Shown here: positions 11,229 through 20,561 of the stretch, in pieces
Layout of the letters: each line of letters opens with the position of its first letter
Numbering within the stretch: the stretch's first letter is position 1
IMG/VR virus record: IMGVR_UViG_3300045988_149840
Coordinates: 1-45,249 of that record
Direction: 5' to 3' (one strand)
Length of the DNA: 45,249 nt
From: a virus
Position numbers and translations under genes: made by a program
The notes under the pieces: model-generated
Databases searched by the model: none
Seen by the model: only the letters and a program-made list of their open reading frames with translations
Told to the model about the DNA's origin: nothing

Positions 11229-12684
11229 TTTTGAAGTGATGCTTGCCGCAGACATCGGTGGATTCACCCGCGATCCGCTTCGGTTTGTACTCTACGCTTT
11301 TCCGTGGGGGCAGGGTGAGCTTGCCGATTTTGACGGGCCTGACAATTGGCAGCGCGACATACTCGGTCTCATCGGTGAAAAGCTCAAGTCTGGCGCTTCT
11401 ACAGATGACGCTTTCAAAGAAGCTATCAAGATCGCCGTGGCTTCCGGGCATGGCATCGGCAAATCGGCGCTGGTGGCGTGGATCATCCTGTGGGCTATGA
11501 GCACGTGCCCGGATACAAAGGGCGTTGTGACGGCGAACACGGAGAACCAGTTGCGGACAAAAACGTGGGCTGAACTCGCCAAGTGGCATCGCCTCTGCAT
11601 CTGCGGGCATTGGTTCGACTGCACGGCTACAGCGCTCATCTCGAAAGAGCCGGGGCATGAAAAGACATGGCGCGTCGACTCCATCGCGTGGTCTGAGCGC
11701 AATACTGAGGCGTTCGCCGGGCTACACAACAAGGGCCGTCGCGTGCTCATCGTCTTTGACGAGGCGTCCGCTATCCCAGACGTGATCTGGGAAGTCTCAG
11801 AAGGCGCGCTGACTGACGAGGATACAGAAATCGTTTGGTGCGCGTTCGGCAACCCCACGCGCAACACGGGCCGCTTTCGTGAGTGCTTCGGCAAGTTCCG
11901 GCATCGGTGGGAGACACGCAAGATAGACAGCCGCACGGCGAAGATGACGAATAAAGAGCAGATCGCAGCGTGGGTATCAGACTTCGGTGAAGATTCAGAC
12001 TTTGTAAAAGTCCGCGTCCGGGGTGAATTCCCATCGGCTGGGACGGCACAGTTCATTCCTGCGGAATTGGCGCAATGTGCTCGCGGGCGGCATTTGGATG
12101 AACAGACGTACAAGCATGCGGCTAAGGTCATGGCTTTGGATGTGGCCCGCTTCGGTGGCGACTCAAGCGTCTTGACGAAACGCCAAGGCTTGTACTGCGC
12201 ACCTCAAAAAATTTGGCGTAGCGTCGACTTGATGGCTCTTGTGGGCGCTGTTGCGCAGGAAATCCGGGACTGGAAGCCTGACGCGGTCTTTATCGACGGC
12301 GTGGGCGTGGGCGCGGGTGTGGTCGACAGGCTGCGCGAGCTTGGCTTTTCGGTGACGGATGCTCAGGCTGGCGCCCGCGCCATTGATCCGAAGAAGTACG
12401 CCAACCGACGCGCTGAAATGTGGGCTGGAATGCGGGATTGGCTGGCAAATGGCGGCATCCCGGAAGGCCAAGAGCTTTTTGATGATCTCACGGGGCTCGA
12501 ATACGGATTTACATCGTCCGGCGCGCTTTTGCTTGAAAAGAAAGAGGACATGAAGAAGCGCGGCTTGTCCTCCCCAGATAGGGCTGATTCCCTCGCACTC
12601 ACTTTTTATGCTCCTGTGGCTTCTCCGCAAATGCGGCGAGAGGGAAGGGCGCGAACTGAATATGATGTGTTAGGGTGGAGGTAA
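11218..12684 (+). CDS. terL: Terminase large subunit
   Basis: It has a Walker A-like motif (ASGHGIGKSALV), a Walker B-like motif (VLIVFDEAS) and a C-terminal nuclease-like half. The ATG at 11218 has an AGAAGG RBS, whereas the track start is 11194. Confidence 0.9.
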   Translation: MAVDFEVMLAADIGGFTRDPLRFVLYAFPWGQGELADFDGPDNWQRDILGLIGEKLKSGASTDDAFKEAIKIAVASGHGIGKSALVAWIILWAMSTCPDTKGVVTANTENQLRTKTWAELAKWHRLCICGHWFDCTATALISKEPGHEKTWRVDSIAWSERNTEAFAGLHNKGRRVLIVFDEASAIPDVIWEVSEGALTDEDTEIVWCAFGNPTRNTGRFRECFGKFRHRWETRKIDSRTAKMTNKEQIAAWVSDFGEDSDFVKVRVRGEFPSAGTAQFIPAELAQCARGRHLDEQTYKHAAKVMALDVARFGGDSSVLTKRQGLYCAPQKIWRSVDLMALVGAVAQEIRDWKPDAVFIDGVGVGAGVVDRLRELGFSVTDAQAGARAIDPKKYANRRAEMWAGMRDWLANGGIPEGQELFDDLTGLEYGFTSSGALLLEKKEDMKKRGLSSPDRADSLALTFYAPVASPQMRREGRARTEYDVLGWR

Positions 12685-12685
12685 T

Positions 12686-13114
12686 ATGTCTTTCGGACAA
12701 GCAGAAGTTATCGAAACTCAGAAAAACGTAGACCCATACGATTTTAGCGATAGATACAACACGAAACTTTCTCGTGAAGAAGAAGCCCAATTTCAGAAAT
12801 GGGCAAAGATGCAGGGGCGTGAGAAAGATGTTTACGATTACGATATCCGAGGTGCTTGGAAAGAATTACAGACTGGAAAGATGTCTGAAGATGAACGGGG
12901 GCATCTTGGAGACAAGTATAAAAAGCCAAACCATCCGACTTTTAGCGACCAGAGCAAGTATAACGGAATAGATGGCTATGCTGGCGGAACATGGTCTGAA
13001 GAAAATGGCAAAACTGTGTACCGTGTTTCAAAGAGTAACACAATGAGCAAGGCTCAACTCAAAAGATACTTTGAGCGTGTAGAGCCTGATGTCATTTTAA
13101 TAGATGAAAGGTAG
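12686..13114 (+). CDS. Hypothetical protein in an AT-rich insert between terL and the portal gene
   Basis: The ORF is clean. Its GC content is visibly lower than that of its neighbours. Confidence 0.7.
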   Translation: MSFGQAEVIETQKNVDPYDFSDRYNTKLSREEEAQFQKWAKMQGREKDVYDYDIRGAWKELQTGKMSEDERGHLGDKYKKPNHPTFSDQSKYNGIDGYAGGTWSEENGKTVYRVSKSNTMSKAQLKRYFERVEPDVILIDER

Positions 13115-13122
13115 CTGAACAA

Positions 13123-13815
13123 ATGAAATATCGTCATGCTGTCAGCCGATATGAAGTTGAAGAGCCTTTCTTCAAGATGCAGGAACAGGGGCTTTTATCA
13201 AGCGCCATGTCCTGCATCGATTCTCCGACGCTTGAGCGGTGGCTTGAAATCACAGCAAGGGGCGTCCTCTTGCTGTGTGAGGATGAGCAAGGCGAGTTGC
13301 TTGGATGTGGTCACTTCACGCCTTTCCGTGGACAGGTGTGGGAGTTTGACTTCACGGCGTTCCGTGAAGCTTTCCATATTGCTCCTCAAATGGCGCGGGG
13401 TGGCTTCCGGTGGGTGTTTGAACATCTTCATGCATCCGCGATTGTCGGGTTCTGCGCTGAACCCAATAGACAGGCTTGGAGGTTGGCGCTGGCGTGTGGT
13501 TTCGAGGTTATGGGGGCTATCCCCGGCCTGTGCTGGTTTTCCAGACGGCAAAAGCATGTGGGTGGCGTCATGGTCATGGCAACGCCTCAAACTGTGGAGG
13601 ATGCAGATATGTCTTTTGGTGGTAGTTCTACGCCGGAAATTCAAGAAACTCCTAAAGCTCAGACAACTAAGCCTGTTACGGAAGCCGCTACCGCAGCCCG
13701 CGATGCACAGAGGGAAAAGGCGGCAAAGGCCGCTGGCCTGAACTCGACGATTCTCACGAGCCCTTTTGGGACTTCCACGATGAACCAGAATCAAAAAACT
13801 TTGTTGGGGCAGTAA
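13123..13815 (+). CDS. GNAT-like N-terminal domain fused to a low-complexity C-terminal tail
   Basis: The GNAT C-terminal pattern is AWRLALACGFEVMGAIPG. The tail begins MSFGGSSTPE and ends STILTSPFG...QKTLLGQ. Confidence 0.7.
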   Translation: MKYRHAVSRYEVEEPFFKMQEQGLLSSAMSCIDSPTLERWLEITARGVLLLCEDEQGELLGCGHFTPFRGQVWEFDFTAFREAFHIAPQMARGGFRWVFEHLHASAIVGFCAEPNRQAWRLALACGFEVMGAIPGLCWFSRRQKHVGGVMVMATPQTVEDADMSFGGSSTPEIQETPKAQTTKPVTEAATAARDAQREKAAKAAGLNSTILTSPFGTSTMNQNQKTLLGQ

Positions 13816-15534
13816 ATGGCCGTTGATGTACATGCATTGAATCGGCGCTATCAGTCGCTGCGTGACGAGCGTTCACCGTGGGATTCCGCCTATGCGGATC
13901 TTGCGCTGCACTTCTCACCGACAAAGTACCGTTCCGATGCGTCGAGCGACACCCCCCACAACCCGCAGATACTTAACTCGCGGTTGGTCGATTCCACAGG
14001 CGTTCTCGACATGCGTACACTTGCGGCGGGTATGCAGGGGGGCATGACCAGTCCGGCGCGTCCGTGGTTCAAGCTGACTCTTCAAGATGAGGAGGCCTTG
14101 AGCGCACCGGATGCCGGAAAGTGGCTGGATGACGTAACCCGCCGTATGCAATCGGTCTTGCACCGCTCGAATTTCTATAATGCAGCCCATGCACTGTACA
14201 GCGATCTTGGAACTTTCGGAACAGGATTGATGATCGAGGTAGCAGATTGGGATGGCCTCCATTTCTTTGTGATGAACGCTGGCGAATACGTCATTGATAC
14301 GAATGAAATGAACGTGGTTGATACGTTTTTTAGGCGCATCAACATGACGGCGCGTCAGATTATACAGGAATTTGGCGAGGAGAAAGTCCCGAACATCGTC
14401 AAGACGGCTGCGAAGTACAAGACGGGCAATGCAAGCACCACGCGATTTGATGTGATTCAAGCTGTATACCCGCGAAAGGATCGCACATACGGCAAAATGA
14501 CCTCCAGCAATATGCCTTTTGCTTCTGTTTACTGGATGCTTGCGGGAACGGACGGGCAAGGGGCTCCTCATGTGCTGAGAGAATCCGGCTTTGATGAGTT
14601 CCCCGCCTTTGCTCCTCGCTGGGATGTGAGCGGTAACGATGTATATGGGCGTTCCCCGGCGATGGATGTTCTCCCTGATTGCCGGATGCTCCAGAGTATG
14701 ACCACGACGCTCCTGAAGACGCTTCACAAGAACGCTGATCCCCCGATGTCAGTTATGGCTTCCCTTAAATCGGTAGGCCTTGATCTGCGTCCCGGCGGTG
14801 AAAATTTTGTTGATACGTTCGACGGAAGGCCGCCTACGGCGGCGCAGCCCATCCAGCAACCGAATGCCCAAAGTATTCAGTATACACAAGCGGCGATTCA
14901 GGACGTGCGGCAAAAGCTCCATGACGGTCTGTATGCCGATTTGTTCAAGATGCTCATCTCAAATGACCGCCGTCAGATTACGGCTACGGAAATCGAGGCC
15001 AGGGAACAGGAAAAGATGATCCTGATAGGCCCTGTGGTGGAGCGTCTGCAAAAGGAATTTTTCGAGCCGCTGATTCAGCGCACGTTCAACTTGATGCGTC
15101 GATATGACTTTATCCCCGAACCTCCTGAATCAATCTCTGGGGCGCCTTTGCGCATCGAGTTTGTAAGCGTGCTGGCGCAGGCACAGCGTCTTGTGAGCAC
15201 TTCGGGTATCGATCAGTTCATGGCCTTTGTCCTGAACATGTCTCAGGCGTTCCCGCAGGTCATGGACGTGATTGATGTCAAGTACACGATCTCCGATTAC
15301 GCCGAGGCCGTTGGTGCTCCCAAGGGGATGCTGAGGAGTTCTGAGGAGATCGCCGCCATTCAGCAAGCTCAGGCTGAGGCTCAGCAGCAGGCGGAACAGC
15401 AACAGCAGGCTATGGTCGCAGCGCAGCAGGTACAGAACCTGACCGGGGCCGCAAAGAATTTGGGGCAGGCAACGGTAGGGGCGGATGGACAAACCGCTCT
15501 TGAGGCAATCATAGGCGGCATGGGAGGCTTGTAA
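13816..15534 (+). CDS. Portal (head-to-tail connector), T7 gp8-like
   Basis: By eye, RYQSLRDERSPWDSAYADLALHFSP, DVYGRSP and ITATEIEAREQEK align with T7 gp8 blocks. The C-terminus is Q-rich. The gene follows the terminase. Confidence 0.85.
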   Translation: MAVDVHALNRRYQSLRDERSPWDSAYADLALHFSPTKYRSDASSDTPHNPQILNSRLVDSTGVLDMRTLAAGMQGGMTSPARPWFKLTLQDEEALSAPDAGKWLDDVTRRMQSVLHRSNFYNAAHALYSDLGTFGTGLMIEVADWDGLHFFVMNAGEYVIDTNEMNVVDTFFRRINMTARQIIQEFGEEKVPNIVKTAAKYKTGNASTTRFDVIQAVYPRKDRTYGKMTSSNMPFASVYWMLAGTDGQGAPHVLRESGFDEFPAFAPRWDVSGNDVYGRSPAMDVLPDCRMLQSMTTTLLKTLHKNADPPMSVMASLKSVGLDLRPGGENFVDTFDGRPPTAAQPIQQPNAQSIQYTQAAIQDVRQKLHDGLYADLFKMLISNDRRQITATEIEAREQEKMILIGPVVERLQKEFFEPLIQRTFNLMRRYDFIPEPPESISGAPLRIEFVSVLAQAQRLVSTSGIDQFMAFVLNMSQAFPQVMDVIDVKYTISDYAEAVGAPKGMLRSSEEIAAIQQAQAEAQQQAEQQQQAMVAAQQVQNLTGAAKNLGQATVGADGQTALEAIIGGMGGL

Positions 15535-15827
15535 TGGAACAATACGGGAATGAGCAGGCGTTGCAGGAACGCAGGAATAAAGCGCAAGCATACCACTTCC
15601 GCATGGTTGGCGTTGTACAAAAGCTGGCGGAATCGAGGGACGGTAGTGAATTCCTCCGCAAGCTGTTGCGCGACTGCGGATGTTTTGAAGCGCGCTTTTG
15701 CCCTGATGCAGCTCAAGCGGCCTTCTTTGAAGGAAGAAAGGCAATCGGGTTTGAGGTGATGAAGCTTGTTCAAGAGGCGGGGCCGCAAGCCTTGGTATCC
15801 GTAATGTCAATGGAAAAGGAGCAATAG
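15534..15827 (+). CDS. Small head-associated protein, possibly Bbp19-like
   Basis: It lies between the portal and scaffold genes. AAFFEGRKAIGFEVMKLV resembles the Bbp19 family as I recall it. Confidence 0.65.
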   Translation: MEQYGNEQALQERRNKAQAYHFRMVGVVQKLAESRDGSEFLRKLLRDCGCFEARFCPDAAQAAFFEGRKAIGFEVMKLVQEAGPQALVSVMSMEKEQ

Positions 15828-15830
15828 AGC

Positions 15831-16460
15831 ATGGCAGAGGAAACACAGATCGATGCGGGGACAACCGGAAACGAAGAACCCGCAATCCCGGCAGGAAACG
15901 AGGCAGAAAAGGGCGGCGATACGCTTTTGACTTCTACCGCTGAGGAAGGGGATGCCCAGAAGGAAGCCGAAGACGGGAAAGGCACGGAAGGATCCGAAAA
16001 GGCTGAACCCGCCAAACCTGAGCCATATGAGATTGAGGCACCAGAAGGTTATCCCATTACGCCTGAAAACCTCAAGTCTCTGAATGCCCACTTCAATGAA
16101 CTTGGGCTTACCAAGAAACAGGCTGAAAAGGCCCTTGCGTATAGGGCCGAACAGTACGCCGCTTTCCAAGCCAGCCAGCAGGCACAGCGGAAAAGCTGGA
16201 TCACCGAGATTCAGGCGGACAAGGAATATGGCGGGGAAAAGTTCAAGGAAACCGTAGCGGATGCCAAGCGAGCATTGGCACAGTTTGACGAGGGAGGAAC
16301 TATCCGAACCTTGCTTGAAGAAACAGGATACGGGGACAACCCCGCTATCATCAAAGTTTTCGCCAAGGTCGGGCGGGCAATGGCGGAAGATAAGATCGTT
16401 GGCAAGGGCGGCGCGGGCGGTAAAAAGCCGCTGGCGGAACGTTTGTACTCTGATATGTAA
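15831..16460 (+). CDS. Scaffolding protein
   Basis: It is acidic and helix-rich, and it lies just upstream of the capsid gene. Confidence 0.75.
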   Translation: MAEETQIDAGTTGNEEPAIPAGNEAEKGGDTLLTSTAEEGDAQKEAEDGKGTEGSEKAEPAKPEPYEIEAPEGYPITPENLKSLNAHFNELGLTKKQAEKALAYRAEQYAAFQASQQAQRKSWITEIQADKEYGGEKFKETVADAKRALAQFDEGGTIRTLLEETGYGDNPAIIKVFAKVGRAMAEDKIVGKGGAGGKKPLAERLYSDM

Positions 16461-16475
16461 TGGAGATTTTTTGAT

Positions 16476-17468
16476 ATGGCTTACGAAAAAGGATATGTGG
16501 CGACCCTTGCAGAGATGGAAGCGTGGTACGCTGATGAGCCTGCTGGTGCCGTACTTGAACTGATGAACCAGACCAATGACATCCTCAGTGATGTTCAATG
16601 GCTGGAATCCAATCAGACGGAGGGTCATAAAACCCGTATTCGCACGGGACTTCCTGAGGTCTACTGGCGTCGCATTTATCGCGGAACGCCCCCCAGTAAG
16701 AGCGAATGGTCAGTCGTCACGGAACAATGCGGAATGCTCGAAGCCCGTATGGAACTCGATATCGCCGAAGTTGAGATGTACGGAGACAGAGCCAAAGACT
16801 TTCGTATGAGCGAAAGCCTCGCTTTTACGGAATCCATGCGCCAGAAAGTGGCGACGACGCTTTTTTACGGCAACAACGAAGCGCGCCCAGACGAGTTTAA
16901 TGGGCTGAGTATGCGCTATCCTTCTCTTTCTTCCCCGAATGTCGTGGACGGCGGAGGAACCAGCGGCAACATGACCAGCCTGTGGCTCATTTCGTGGGGA
17001 GCCAATTCTGTGCATGGCATTTACCCCAAGGGTTCGCAAGGCGGCCTGAAGCACAAAGTTTTGCCGGAATACATGACCACCGACGATTCCGGGAACAAGT
17101 TCCAGTGTGTGGGCGATATCTACAACTGGAAGTGCGGCCTTGCCGTCCGCGATTGGCGCGCCGTGGTCCGCGTGGCGAATATCCCCGTGGCAAACCTCAC
17201 AAAGCGCAAGGGCGAGGAAGGATTTATTGATCTTCAGGCGATCACCATCGAGGCAAAGAACAAGATGCCGCAAAACCTGCGGGATCGCGCTATCTGGTAC
17301 TGCAATCAGGATGTTCTGACTGGCCTTGAGCTTCAGTCGACCGATGCGGGCAACGTGACTCTGGAGTACGGCCAGTACTTCAGTTCTAAGGCTATCCCCG
17401 CGCTACATGGTCGCCCGATCCGGCAGTGTGACGCTATCCTCTCCACTGAAACCAAGCTCGACGCATAA
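16476..17468 (+). CDS. Major capsid protein (HK97-fold type)
   Basis: The call rests on size, position and the segment LWLISWGANSVHGIYPKGSQGGL. Confidence 0.85.
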   Translation: MAYEKGYVATLAEMEAWYADEPAGAVLELMNQTNDILSDVQWLESNQTEGHKTRIRTGLPEVYWRRIYRGTPPSKSEWSVVTEQCGMLEARMELDIAEVEMYGDRAKDFRMSESLAFTESMRQKVATTLFYGNNEARPDEFNGLSMRYPSLSSPNVVDGGGTSGNMTSLWLISWGANSVHGIYPKGSQGGLKHKVLPEYMTTDDSGNKFQCVGDIYNWKCGLAVRDWRAVVRVANIPVANLTKRKGEEGFIDLQAITIEAKNKMPQNLRDRAIWYCNQDVLTGLELQSTDAGNVTLEYGQYFSSKAIPALHGRPIRQCDAILSTETKLDA

Positions 17469-17480
17469 AAGGGGGACGCC

Positions 17481-17915
17481 ATGATCCTTGATGACAACCT
17501 TGTCTTTACCGATGACAAAACCCCGGCAACTGGTGCGTCTGAGCCTGTGGCCCTTACGTCTTTCCATAATCCCGGCAAGGTGAGCGATCTCTACATCATG
17601 CTGCGCGTTACTGCCGCGATTACCGGGGCCACCAGCATTGATGTGAAATTGCAGCAATCCGACACGAAAAACGGCTCGTATACCGATGTTCCCGGCTTTG
17701 GCATCACGCTTTCGCAGGATGACGATGATTTCGATGCCGGGGCGGTCAAAGGGTATTATGCGTTGCCGCCTACCCTGACCAAGCAGTGGATGAAGTTGTA
17801 CTACACTGTGACGGGTTCCGTAACGGCAGGTAAGCTGTTCGCCGCCATCACGCCTTTCCGCGATATCCCGTATGAGTCCGGCGAGTATATCGACGCCGGA
17901 AAGGTGGTAGGGTGA
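17481..17915 (+). CDS. Capsid decoration or cement-like protein, called by position
   Basis: It immediately follows the capsid gene and looks beta-rich. The function is inferred from synteny only. Confidence 0.6.
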   Translation: MILDDNLVFTDDKTPATGASEPVALTSFHNPGKVSDLYIMLRVTAAITGATSIDVKLQQSDTKNGSYTDVPGFGITLSQDDDDFDAGAVKGYYALPPTLTKQWMKLYYTVTGSVTAGKLFAAITPFRDIPYESGEYIDAGKVVG

Positions 17916-18106
17916 TGCAGGTACGAGCCAAAGAACCGCTTGCCTATCGCAATGTCAGGTATGAAGCGGGGGAAGAGTTCACTTTCTATGGAGAAGAGAG
18001 AGACATGACCCCGGCAATGGAACCCGTTGGAAGTCCCATGCGGAAGGCAAAACGGGCGAACTCCGAAAATAGCGAAGTTTTTCCCGTTCCTGAAACTGAA
18101 GCGTAA
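17912..18106 (+). CDS. Hypothetical 64-aa protein
   Basis: Its start overlaps the previous stop. Confidence 0.55.
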   Translation: MMQVRAKEPLAYRNVRYEAGEEFTFYGEERDMTPAMEPVGSPMRKAKRANSENSEVFPVPETEA

Positions 18107-18148
18107 AGCCTGTTGTGGGGAGGGATTCCCTCCCCACGTGAGGAAAGC

Positions 18149-18775
18149 ATGTCAGCCAGCAAAATACAGATTTGGAATATGGCACTTGGCTTCATCGGCA
18201 CCCGCACGGTTGCATCGGAAAACGAACGGACGCCAGAGGCCATACAGTGTGCCTTGTACTGGGACAACGCCCGGCGCGCCTGCCTGCGGGACTACCCCTA
18301 CAACTTCGCGCAGGCCCGGGCACAACTCGCATCCATAGCCGTGCCGGAAACCTATGCGGATGAGTGGCGCTATGCCTATCGGCTGCCTGATCTTTGCCTC
18401 AAGGCACACAAAGTTGTGGGTGCCACATGCGGATGTGCCAATGCCACAGATCGCCGCATTCCTTTCGTCATTGTTTCGGATGCCGAGAAAACGGAAATGC
18501 TTTTGTCCGATGCTGAAAAAGTTCGGCTCGATTACACGCGAGACGTTCCGGAAGTTACGCTGTGGGATGATCTTTTTGTTGGGATGATGGCGAGAAAGCT
18601 CGCTTCGCTTATTTGCGTTCCTCTGCTCAAAAACAATACTGCAAAAGTTCAGGAACTTGAACAGCTTTACCGGGCAAGCCTTCCGAAAACTATGGAAGCC
18701 AATGCGTCTGAAAGGCACGAAAAACCATACAGGGATACATGGATAGCTGCACGCGGGGGATGGTATGACGCTTGA
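18149..18775 (+). CDS. Tail tubular protein A / adaptor (T7 gp11-like)
   Basis: IQIWNMALGFIGTRTVASENERTPEAIQCALYWDNARRACLRDYPYNF parallels the T7 gp11 N-terminus. The ATG at 18149 has an AGGAAA RBS. Confidence 0.75.
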   Translation: MSASKIQIWNMALGFIGTRTVASENERTPEAIQCALYWDNARRACLRDYPYNFAQARAQLASIAVPETYADEWRYAYRLPDLCLKAHKVVGATCGCANATDRRIPFVIVSDAEKTEMLLSDAEKVRLDYTRDVPEVTLWDDLFVGMMARKLASLICVPLLKNNTAKVQELEQLYRASLPKTMEANASERHEKPYRDTWIAARGGWYDA

Positions 18776-19673
18776 TAGTTCTTTGAGCAGGGCCATATTC
18801 AAAGGAAATGGTATTGCTACTGAATTCCCATTTTATTTTAAAGTTTGGGACAAGGAGCAAGTAGAGGTTACCATTGCAAAAGAAGATGGCAAAGAAGAAA
18901 CGGTCATACCTGATTCTGTATTGTTGAACGAAACAGGCGGAACAGTAATTTATAGATATATGGGCAGCGCGTTGCCTGTTGGCTATACTTTGGCAATTAC
19001 TCGCGCTATGCCTTTTATTCAGCAAGATAGATATATAACAGGAACAAGGATTGATCCGCATGTTTTTGAAGAAGCCCTTGATGTTGCCTGTGCAGAACGT
19101 CAAGAGCTACTTGAAAAAATTAGAAGAGCAGTGCTTGCTCCAGTTACATCTGGTGAGTCTGGAAATACGATATATGCGGAAGATCTTCTTGCTGCTGCTG
19201 AAAAAGCTGTTTCCGCCTCCCTCAAATCCGAGACGTGCGCAACCAGTTCTTGCCAGTGCGCTGCGGAAGCTCAGGAAATCCGCTCTGAGCTTTTTGGGCT
19301 ATCGTTCTCCGCGCATCTTTCCCCCACTCCCAATGTTGCGGTTGAATACACGCCGGAAACGGGGATGGTGCATTTCTACATTCCCCCGGGCCCGCCGGGC
19401 TCGCAGGGGAATCCCGGGGTTGGGATAGAAGGAAAAAAAGGGGACAAAGGAGAAAAGGGCGATAAGGGAGAAAAGGGGGATAAAGGCGATCAAGGAACTC
19501 CTGCTCCGGCTGGCGAGCGCGGGGAAAAAGGCCCTATGGGTGATGCGCCGTGGGCTACTTGTTTTGGGCATTTCCGCCTTTCCGGTGCCGATCTCCTTCT
19601 CGACTACACGGGCGCGACGCTCGATTCAGCTTTTTCTGTCAATGCCAACGGACAACTTGAGGTAACTTTCTGA
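18765..19673 (+). CDS. Tail fibre protein with a collagen-like G-X-Y tract
   Basis: The N-terminus FKGNGIATEFPFYF resembles a T7-type fibre anchor. The tract PPGPPGSQGNPG...GKKGDKGEKGDKGEKGDKGDQG lies at about 19384-19545. Confidence 0.85.
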   Translation: MTLDSSLSRAIFKGNGIATEFPFYFKVWDKEQVEVTIAKEDGKEETVIPDSVLLNETGGTVIYRYMGSALPVGYTLAITRAMPFIQQDRYITGTRIDPHVFEEALDVACAERQELLEKIRRAVLAPVTSGESGNTIYAEDLLAAAEKAVSASLKSETCATSSCQCAAEAQEIRSELFGLSFSAHLSPTPNVAVEYTPETGMVHFYIPPGPPGSQGNPGVGIEGKKGDKGEKGDKGEKGDKGDQGTPAPAGERGEKGPMGDAPWATCFGHFRLSGADLLLDYTGATLDSAFSVNANGQLEVTF

Positions 19674-20551
19674 TGCCTACTCTTAATCTCGGACAAGTGC
19701 GCCCCGTGTATCGCGGCGCGTGGACTTCTATAGATACATATTCCGCATATGACTTCGTCATTTACAACGGTTCTGCATACTTGGCATTGAAAGACGTTCC
19801 AGCCAATTATGAACCGCCTAGTCAGACTGAATATTGGGTTCTCTTCGGAGCAAAGGGTGATACCGGTGCACCGGGGCAGGACGGTGTAGACGGTGAGCCT
19901 GGGGAGAGGGGCCCATCCCCGGGGTACCGTTGGGACGGTACTTTTTTGTCTATCCAGAACCCCGATGGGACATGGCCCGATCAGGGGATAAATTTGCAAG
20001 GCCCTCCCGTACCACTTTCAAACAGCGTCACGAGCACGAGCGAGACTGATGCAGCTTCTTCTCTTGCAGCTAAGACGGCTTATGACCGTGGAAGTTCCGG
20101 AATAACTGCTGCGGAGACGGCGCAATCTGCTGCGGAGACGGCGCAATCTGCTGCGGAGACGGCGCGATCTGCTGCGGAGACGGCGCAATCTGCTGCGGAG
20201 ACGGCGCAATCTGCTGTTAATACATTGCGTACTGATGTTCCTTTAATTGCAGCCAATGCGGCGGGGCCGAGTGACAAATCCATTGATATTTCTTTTACTG
20301 GCAGTACAACTGTTATAGCTCCTGAAGATGGGTACTGTTCTATAGAAGGTGTTACTAATTCTGATAACGGTTTTGTCTATCTAGAAAACAAATCTAATAA
20401 AATTAAAGACGTTTCTTCTAGGTGGATTCCAGGTTCTGGCGTGTATGCATATCTATATGTATCAAAGGGAAACAGCGTTTTTTGGGAAGCAGAGAATTGT
20501 ACTTCTGTAATAGCCCGTTTCGTCTATACCAACGGCAACGCGCCCGCATAA
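19673..20551 (+). CDS. Tail fibre / receptor-binding protein
   Basis: It has a collagen-like tract (GAKGDTGAPGQDGVDGEPGERG), five AAETAQS heptads and an AT-rich C-terminal domain. Confidence 0.85.
   Translation: MPTLNLGQVRPVYRGAWTSIDTYSAYDFVIYNGSAYLALKDVPANYEPPSQTEYWVLFGAKGDTGAPGQDGVDGEPGERGPSPGYRWDGTFLSIQNPDGTWPDQGINLQGPPVPLSNSVTSTSETDAASSLAAKTAYDRGSSGITAAETAQSAAETAQSAAETARSAAETAQSAAETAQSAVNTLRTDVPLIAANAAGPSDKSIDISFTGSTTVIAPEDGYCSIEGVTNSDNGFVYLENKSNKIKDVSSRWIPGSGVYAYLYVSKGNSVFWEAENCTSVIARFVYTNGNAPA
20108..20212 (+). repeat. Five tandem copies of a 21-bp repeat (gctgcggagacggcgcaatct) encoding AAETAQS heptads
   Basis: Direct reading. One copy has a single substitution (Q to R). Confidence 0.95.
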
Positions 20552-20561
20552 GGAGAACAAA

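Noticed and set aside
18765-20551. Diversity-generating retroelement (template/variable repeat pair plus reverse transcriptase), considered because the capsid and tail genes resemble the BPP-1-like group
   Set aside because: No RT-like ORF exists anywhere in the window. I found no second copy of the fibre C-terminal sequence that could serve as a template repeat.
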